Assembly: GCF_000143415.4 (NCBI RefSeq)
Contig: NW_003314336.1
Coordinates: 903,470 to 967,469 of the forward strand
Length of the DNA stretch: 64,000 bases
Reading direction: 5' to 3'
Origin: Selaginella moellendorffii
Lineage: Eukaryota > Plantae > Lycopodiophyta
Shown here piece after piece: positions 57,317-64,000 of the stretch; within the stretch, counting starts at the first letter, position 1, and each line of letters opens with the position of its first letter. A program made the translations under genes and the position numbers. The notes under the pieces are model-generated. The model ran no database searches. It saw nothing but the letters and a program-made list of their open reading frames with translations, and was not told the DNA's origin.

Positions 57317-60300
57317 GTTCGCGGGGCCTTACGAGATTGAGGCATGAATCGGTAAAGTGGCTTACCGACTCCGACTTCCTCGAGAGATGGGGAAGATGCA
57401 CCCAGTGTTCCACGTGAACTTACTCAAGTCGTACTTTGAGGATCCGCTTCACAAGGACCAAGTGAGACCTTTACCTGAGGTTATCCAAGGGGAAGAGGAA
57501 TACGAAGTCGAGGCCATCCTCAATGCGCACAAGAGCAAGCGACAAGGACGCGAGGTGAGAGAGTTCCATGTGAAGTGGAAAGGATTTCCACACTGCAAAG
57601 CAACATGGGAACCGGAGGAGAACCTAGCGAACGCGCGAGATCTAGTGAAGGAATTTCTGCAAGGCAGAATTCTATGTACTCATGCAAAATTCAATTAAAA
57701 ATATCAATTTGCAAAGTTGAGCAAATGGCATATGTTGGGACTCGAAGGCGCACCGAAGGTAAGCTAATTAGCATGGGTTGGATAGGTCGACCAGGCTTAG
57801 GACACTACACCCGACTCCCCGCGGGGATGTCGAATCCGTAGACGTATTCTACGGAGGTTGGGTTCGAGTCCCAACCCCCTAGTAAAGCAAGGCTGGGTTC
57901 AAGTCCCGACCCCATACTAGGGCGTGGTGAGGTTAGGGGTATAGGGACACCTATATTCCGTTGTCATGGGCTCTTGGCCGGGGAAGCTAACTTAGGCACA
58001 CCGCTAAGTGGGGGGATGCCCCCGGAGACATGGTCAACAAGTTGTAGGATAAAACGAGACGTTCGATGTGGGCATTGAACTTCTTCTATGGGTGGTGGAG
58101 TTGTAAGGAACCGACTCCCCGAGATGTCGTAGGCTAAAGGATCCCCAAAAGCTTGACCGAAATGACAAAGAGTTCATTGGATGAGACCAAGTTGAGGATC
58201 GAGTCCAAGACCGACTCTAGGACCGAGTTCGAGATAGAGTCCGGAATCGAGTCCGAGACCGACTCGGGGACCGAGTTCGAGTCCGAGTTCGAGACCAAGT
58301 TCGAGACGGAGTCCGAGATCCGAAATCGGGTCCGAGACCGAGTCCGAGGTCGAGTCCGAGGTCGGGTCCGAGATCGGGTCCGAGGTCGGGTCCGAGATCG
58401 AGTCCGAGACCGAATCCGAAGTCGGATCCGAAATCGGGTCCGAGATTGAGCCAGAGACTAAGTCCAAATACTAATACGGGTCAAGGGGTGAAAGCCCAAA
58501 GCGTGTGTCTCCCAGGGGGGGGGGGCTGTAAGGGGTTCCAAAAGTATAGTAAGGATAGTGAGGTCCAGGAACCAGTCTTGAAGGAACTCTCCAGTGGTGC
58601 TTCCAAACTGACTTGAGGTTGAGACTGGGGCCGAGGGGCCTTGGGTGGGAGTGAGCATGGGCCTGAGTGGTGCCGGAGGGGCCACCCAGGGAAGTGCTCA
58701 AGAGCAGCTCCCACTCCCGAAAGGGAAACCGACTGCAGTGCTCCCGGCTCAGGTGGAGTGGTGCCCCATTTGAGTACCTTGTGGCTCATTGGTCCTCGCC
58801 CTTCCTAGGGGCTTGGGCCTTCCCTTCGGGATGGAAGTGGGGGGGTAGAGGTACCCATACCGGGCCGTTAGGCCACGGTGTTTCGCCCCGACGTCCCGAA
58901 GCAAGTGCTGCACCCAAGACTTGGGATTTAGAGGGTCCCATGATCAAGTCTTGTGGTACCAAGGGGTGTTAGGAATCTGGAGGCTTGGTGTGCTTGGCTA
59001 TTTGTGCCTGCGGGGAGTGTAGCCGAACCTTAAGTCCAGTCTAACCCGGGGAGGGGGATTGGGAGAGATTTGGGAATCCGTAGATGGATGGCTAACACTC
59101 CGTTGCTCGTGCAGTAAGTAGCTGAAACCAAGTAGGACCAAGTAGGAGCTGGTACCATAGGCGGGAACCTTGGCGAGGGAACTTAGCATAAGCCAAGGCA
59201 GAGTTGGTCGGATAGACGAGGTAAGTTGGCAAATTGGAAAGGAAAAATTTGTGGCTTACACATGAATCCATCTATAGCAAGACGTAATGCACTTCATAAC
59301 AAGCACAAGACGAATCATCAATGATTGGTATATCTCAATTCAAACCCAACAAGGATTCAATCACTTCAATATCAATCACTAACACATCATCTCGTAAAGT
59401 TAGCATAGTCCACGATTAAATCACTTTTCAAGGAAAAGCCAAAGCTTAACCCTTACTAAACAATCTCATCTAGAACATAACTAACTCAACTTGCCACTCA
59501 GTTCATTTGAACGTCAATACAGTTGCTAACTAGCAAATGCATGAATGCCAACAACACAAAGCTAAAGCCAAATCATCAACACTATTTTTATCAGAACTAA
59601 TGAAACTCAATATCAATCCTACAGAGAGACATCTCATTTCACTTGAATCTCAATACCAACAATGTCAACGATAGGGCATCACTTCAATGCCATCAACACC
59701 AAAACAAAGCTAGAAGAAAGCACGAATTAATCACCACTCAAAACTCTCCAGCAGCCAAGCTAACCAAAGTCAAAGATACTTTAGTTAGTATCCGAGACCA
59801 ATCCTCTAACAAAACTCAGTTACAGATAATACTTCATCAAGGAGTGATTCACCACGTCTAAGACTCAATAAAATCTAACACCACGAACTAAACGCAACTA
59901 AATGATATCAACAAAGATAGAGTCGACATGCCAACATGGAAAACCCATGTAAGCCTAACGACACGATCCTCCGCAACACCATCCGGTAAAGCAAGCCCAT
60001 CACTGCTAAATCATCATCGAGCAAAGCAAGTATCAACAATCTTTTTGACAAAGTCTACAAGTAATCACTAGTCGCAAAGCAACTAACAATCACCCTTCAA
60101 CTTGCCTTCACAAGACCCGAACACTAACTCATGTCATCAAGTTATATACTTGTCCAACATGAACATAATACCCCAGGTATAAGATAAAAGTTCATAGACA
60201 AGCACAAACTAAATAACCATTTGAATCCAACTCAACCGCAATAAGCTCACTAATGCATTTAGTCACTAGCTCTGAGCATGTCTTGAAGAGGCTAGCTATG

Positions 60301-60790
60301 CGATCAACACTCAGTCGAAACTAAAATGAAGACCATGAGATGGACTCATATCGGTACACAACCTCCTCATAGACAAAGCTATAGTATGGGTACCAACATC
60401 TCAACCTCAAACAACTAAGTTGGATATCACCATCCTCAGCCAAGGCGCAGTGCTACCAAGACTAAGTCAAGATCAGTGAGAGCTCACTACTCTCATCGAG
60501 TCTTAGTGAAATGCAAGGTGCAACCTGCCACTGAGCATAATGCTACAAAAGAAAGGCACAAGGGTCACCCTTCTTAGAAAAGCGCAACGGCCACTTTTCT
60601 ACACCAACTCCAGACTCTATCCAACTCAATTGCTTTAGCCCCAAAAGTTAGCATCCCTTTCAGGCTGCATCATACAAACTATCTACTAAGGTTTAAGCCA
60701 ACCGAAGCCAACTCCAACCCCTTCAACAGTTTGTACTGGCTTACGAAAACGGAATGGTTTTCGAGCAAAATGATCAACAGATCAGCCATT

Positions 60791-63700
60791 AAGCTCTATT
60801 TCGTTAAAGTGGGATTTATTCAGTAAAATGGGACTAGGTACAAATTTTCAAGTATTTGAAAATGACGTGAAATTATATGTTTTTTGTCCAGGGGCTAGAC
60901 ATATCTGGGGCATGGTGACTAGCGCGGTGACTTTGTGTCCAGACTGAGTCCATCTGGTTGTATAAAAAATCTCATTGTCAAGGTGAACAAGCCGAATCTG
61001 AAGCTAAAGAAGAGCGATGGCATGCGCGCACACACTATTTGTTTGTTCATTGAGCGTGTGGTGAGCTTTCCAAGATGAACGTCATTCCTATTAGCCAGAC
61101 ATATAACTTAATGGTGAGAACATTTAGATATTATTCAATGTTATCTTTTTCTAACGAATCTAATTGTGAAGGTGTAGCAAGAGGCATTGCTAGTCTGGAG
61201 AAGTCATTTAACTCATTTGACCCTTAGTGTATTTTCATGAAACTAAATAACATTCATATTATTAAGGAATTTCTCTAGTACCTTTTTTTTACGACATAGA
61301 GGCTTGCATTTCTTTCAAAGGTGATTTAGTAAAAGGCCTGAGGGCACATGCCATTCTATTTCTCAGACCGGTATTAAGATATACTAGTGCAAAGGGCCAC
61401 ATGCCATCACGCCTCCTCTGATTCAGATTCGGATTGTTCACCTTGAAATAAAATACATTAGAAACTTAGTAAAGGAATATTAATGAATCTCACCTTGAAC
61501 CCGGGTTATGAATGCTCTTGCTGCATCTCTTGCATGGTCTGGCAAGGTGATGGTGGCACTCTGCTTCCGCATCCAACCATGCACAACATTATCCACCGAT
61601 ATGCTCATGCTGGGATCCCTTGGATTCAGCACCCATCTCTTTTCTAGGCAATCCTTCGTATATCCGGAACTTGGCTTGAACCACTCCACAGTTACATTGA
61701 AGGAGTTAGTTTCCGCGTCCTCCTCTGCATCAGTGATGCAGCGCCCCACCCATATCATTTGTTTTTTATTACTGGGTCTGACAAGCACGACCATTCCTTT
61801 GCAGACCTGTACTGGATTGAATGCTGAATCCGGCTTCTTGTTCCTCGGCCCACAATAGTGATCCTCAACATCGTTATCTGTCACTGCATTTCCAGAGGAC
61901 ATTGTTCCGCTACTATCTGGTGCTCTGGGTTCTGGCCAAAAGGACTCTTCCAATTCTTCATATACAACCGGCCCATTTTGGATAGCAGATATAATCTTCT
62001 CCCAGTATTCGAGCAAAGGCTTGCACCTCTTAAAATAGGATTCTCCACCAAACACCAACCCCCTCTTCCAGAAGGCAATATGCTGTCTAATCCCGGCCAC
62101 TATACTTTCCTGGTCTTTGAGTCCATCCGGGTGCATCGGCCGTGGGGAACCCTGAGGAATCATAGGTTCCCCAATTATGGGATCTCTCTTGAAGAGTTCA
62201 ATGCCATCCACTGGCAGCCACACTGTGTCCCATTCTCTCATCTTGTACCTCATCACTGGAGCACCGTCACGCATGCTGAAATGAAACTGAAGAGGCTTGG
62301 AGTGGCCAATCAGCGTTTCGGATCCGTCCCTGATGTAGCCTCTTACAAACCCCTTAAAGTCTGGAACCTTTGTCACAAGTGCAGCTTCAACAGTGCCTTT
62401 GATGCAATTTTGGAATTCATCGTAGAGTTGTGGGAGGGTGAGGACATTGGATCGCCGGAGGGACTCTGCCAGGTGACTGAACATGGCATCGACGTCTTCA
62501 TGAGTGTGCCCAACCATGAGAAAGCCAAGTGTAACCGTTTCAAATATGCCTTTGGCAACAAGCATCGCCAAGTACGCGAAGACGTACATGTTTTTGTTCT
62601 CACTGCCAGCATTGTCTGTTTGGAGCAGAAGATGGGGTGGAAGGCCACATCGGCCGCAAGAACTTCCTTGAGATTCTGCTTCGTTTGGATGAGGCTGTGC
62701 ATTCACTGGGCGACCAGCCTCGTCGTAATGGCATGAGGCCTCACGTGATAACCCTACAATCTGACGGCCAACATATTCACTAGGATGGCATGGGGCCCCA
62801 CGCGATACTGCAAGCCTTTGCTCCTCCTCCAGCTGAACCCTGTATGGGGTTCGATCGACAAGGGCCTTATGCAAGGGTTGGCCGTTCAGCTCAGTCTGCG
62901 CACTTTGCAGAGACCTTAAGTGTTTTGCTAAGGACGCAATCATCATGTTTGCACCCCCGCCACCCCATAGAGGCACAAAGAAGTTCCCATAGTTCTGGGC
63001 ACCATGCCCATGAGCGATTATGCCAAACAGAGACACAGGCAGCTGCATGGATGAAGAGATTGCCTTGGGGGCAGGATTGAGTCGAGGTAAGCACGTCTTT
63101 TTCTGATCCATTTTGTCGTGGATGATGCAGAGGTAAGAGTTAGGTCTCTCCATGGAGAGAATCCTGTTATGATAATATGCAGTCCTGCAGCTTCTCTGCT
63201 CGATGTTGTGGTCGAGCCGCCTTCTAACCAACGTCTCTCGCTCTTGAGCGCTGCAAGAATTCTTCGACAAAGCCATTTTGATAGCAGTGCACTCGTCACA
63301 CTTTGAAAAGCTGGAGTACTTTCCTATACTCACATCCCTGAACCTGTTGCTCCACAATCTACTAAATCTAGACTGGCTCAGCTTCCTGTAGCCATTACTC
63401 TGGAGTTCCCGATTCACATCTTCCAATATGGCCCCCTTGGTATACATGGAAGGGAGAACTCGTTGGGTGTCTCGTGTTCCATCTTCCAAGAGGCGGGTTT
63501 TATGTGGTTGCTGCTCGCTACATGTCTCGACAAACCTCTTGAAGATTGCCTCTCCATATACAACATGACCCCTGGTTTTGTGCGTACCGTCGTTCCCATG
63601 GACTGCCTGTTGAACCCTTTGTTCCTCGAACTCAGTTTTGATTCTGTAGAATGTGGTTCGAGGGACTCCATAAATGATTCTCCATGCCTTCATGCAGACC

Positions 63701-64000
63701 AAACCCCTCTGGAAGACCATGCCCCCCACCTGATGTTCTGAAGCATCAACAGATGACCGTAATGCCTCATACACAAAATTGCGAGCTGCCTTCCAGGACA
63801 ATGTCTTGTATCTTGCTCTCTCCTCTTCAATAGCATCCCAATCAGCATGTTGACAGCACCTCCTCTTGCAACAAGCAACTGTCGAGACCATTCGAACCTC
63901 CATCGCCATTTTCTGCCTTTTCGGTTCGTTGCTCAGATCCCTTTGCCTGCGCTGTAGAAGGTGGGTTCCGGCTAGATTTCTCCTTTTTTTTTTAATTTTT
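60791..64000 (-). mobile_element. Autonomous Sola-like DNA transposon (one TIR at 60791-60834; other end beyond window)
   Basis: Terminus matches the MITE end at 40 of 44 nt; contains an intact transposase ORF. Confidence 0.82.
61407..63909 (-). CDS. DDD-type transposase (Sola-like); unspliced ORF ends at 61480, probable final exon 61407-61441
   Basis: KCDEC...H, IIHDKMDQ, LQTDNAGSENKN, FLMVGHTHEDVDAMFS; 809 aa with no stops; a 52-nt GT-AG intron at 61442-61493 would give C-terminus GEQSESESEEA*. Confidence 0.82.

Larger units (their letters stand above)
52922..57698 (+). pseudogene. gag-pol polyprotein (Gag, CCHC, protease, RT, RNase H, integrase, chromodomain), inactivated
   Basis: [45 protein letters not shown] and EYEVEAIL..VKWKGF..TWEP; 5-bp duplication TTGCA at 53707-53716; in-frame TGA at 56056, 56671 and 57345. 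Confidence 0.95.
51719..59260 (+). mobile_element. Full-length Ty3/gypsy chromovirus 'C'
   Basis: LTRs 51719-52862 and 58102-59260 (roughly 2% different by eye); PBS TGGTATCGGAGC at 52866-52877; PPT gggtggtggagt; perfect TSD CATGA. Confidence 0.97.
48932..60790 (-). mobile_element. Minus-strand LTR element 'D': 3' LTR 48932-50061 plus long non-coding internal region (5' part outside window or lost)
   Basis: On the minus strand PPT GGGGGGGAGAG (50062-50072) precedes TGTCGCGAATGTG...GTGCGCTACA; internal sequence is continuous across the CATGA TSD of element C; far boundary not seen. Confidence 0.65.

Overview
Eukaryotic plant nuclear DNA. The 45-70 nt introns, very short intergenic gaps and SS-rich PLS-PPR genes suggest a lycophyte such as Selaginella (inferred, not proven). 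Bases 1-38.2 kb are gene-dense: a Kelch-repeat gene end, a domesticated Harbinger nuclease (HDP1-like), a NOC4-N-like acidic protein, AP-1 sigma, a conserved DDxxD protein, GEK1/DTD2, TPD1-like, TIC62, a VOC/glyoxalase, two PPR genes and NRAMP. A rearranged block at 6.3-18.3 kb holds inverted and duplicated GEK1-TPD1 cassettes, P-loop ATPase and kinase pseudogenes, a decayed gypsy and a MITE. Bases 38.8-64 kb are a nest of transposons whose ends and TSDs can mostly be read exactly. Highlights: (1) a full-length chromovirus whose integrase carries short spliceosomal-type introns; (2) two 5S-rRNA-bearing Cassandra-type TRIMs whose termini, PBS and PPT region match that chromovirus, making it a candidate autonomous partner; (3) an intact Sola-like DDD transposase with a BAH-like C-terminus, plus its MITE, whose 4-bp TSD is defined by an empty paralogous site in the same window.
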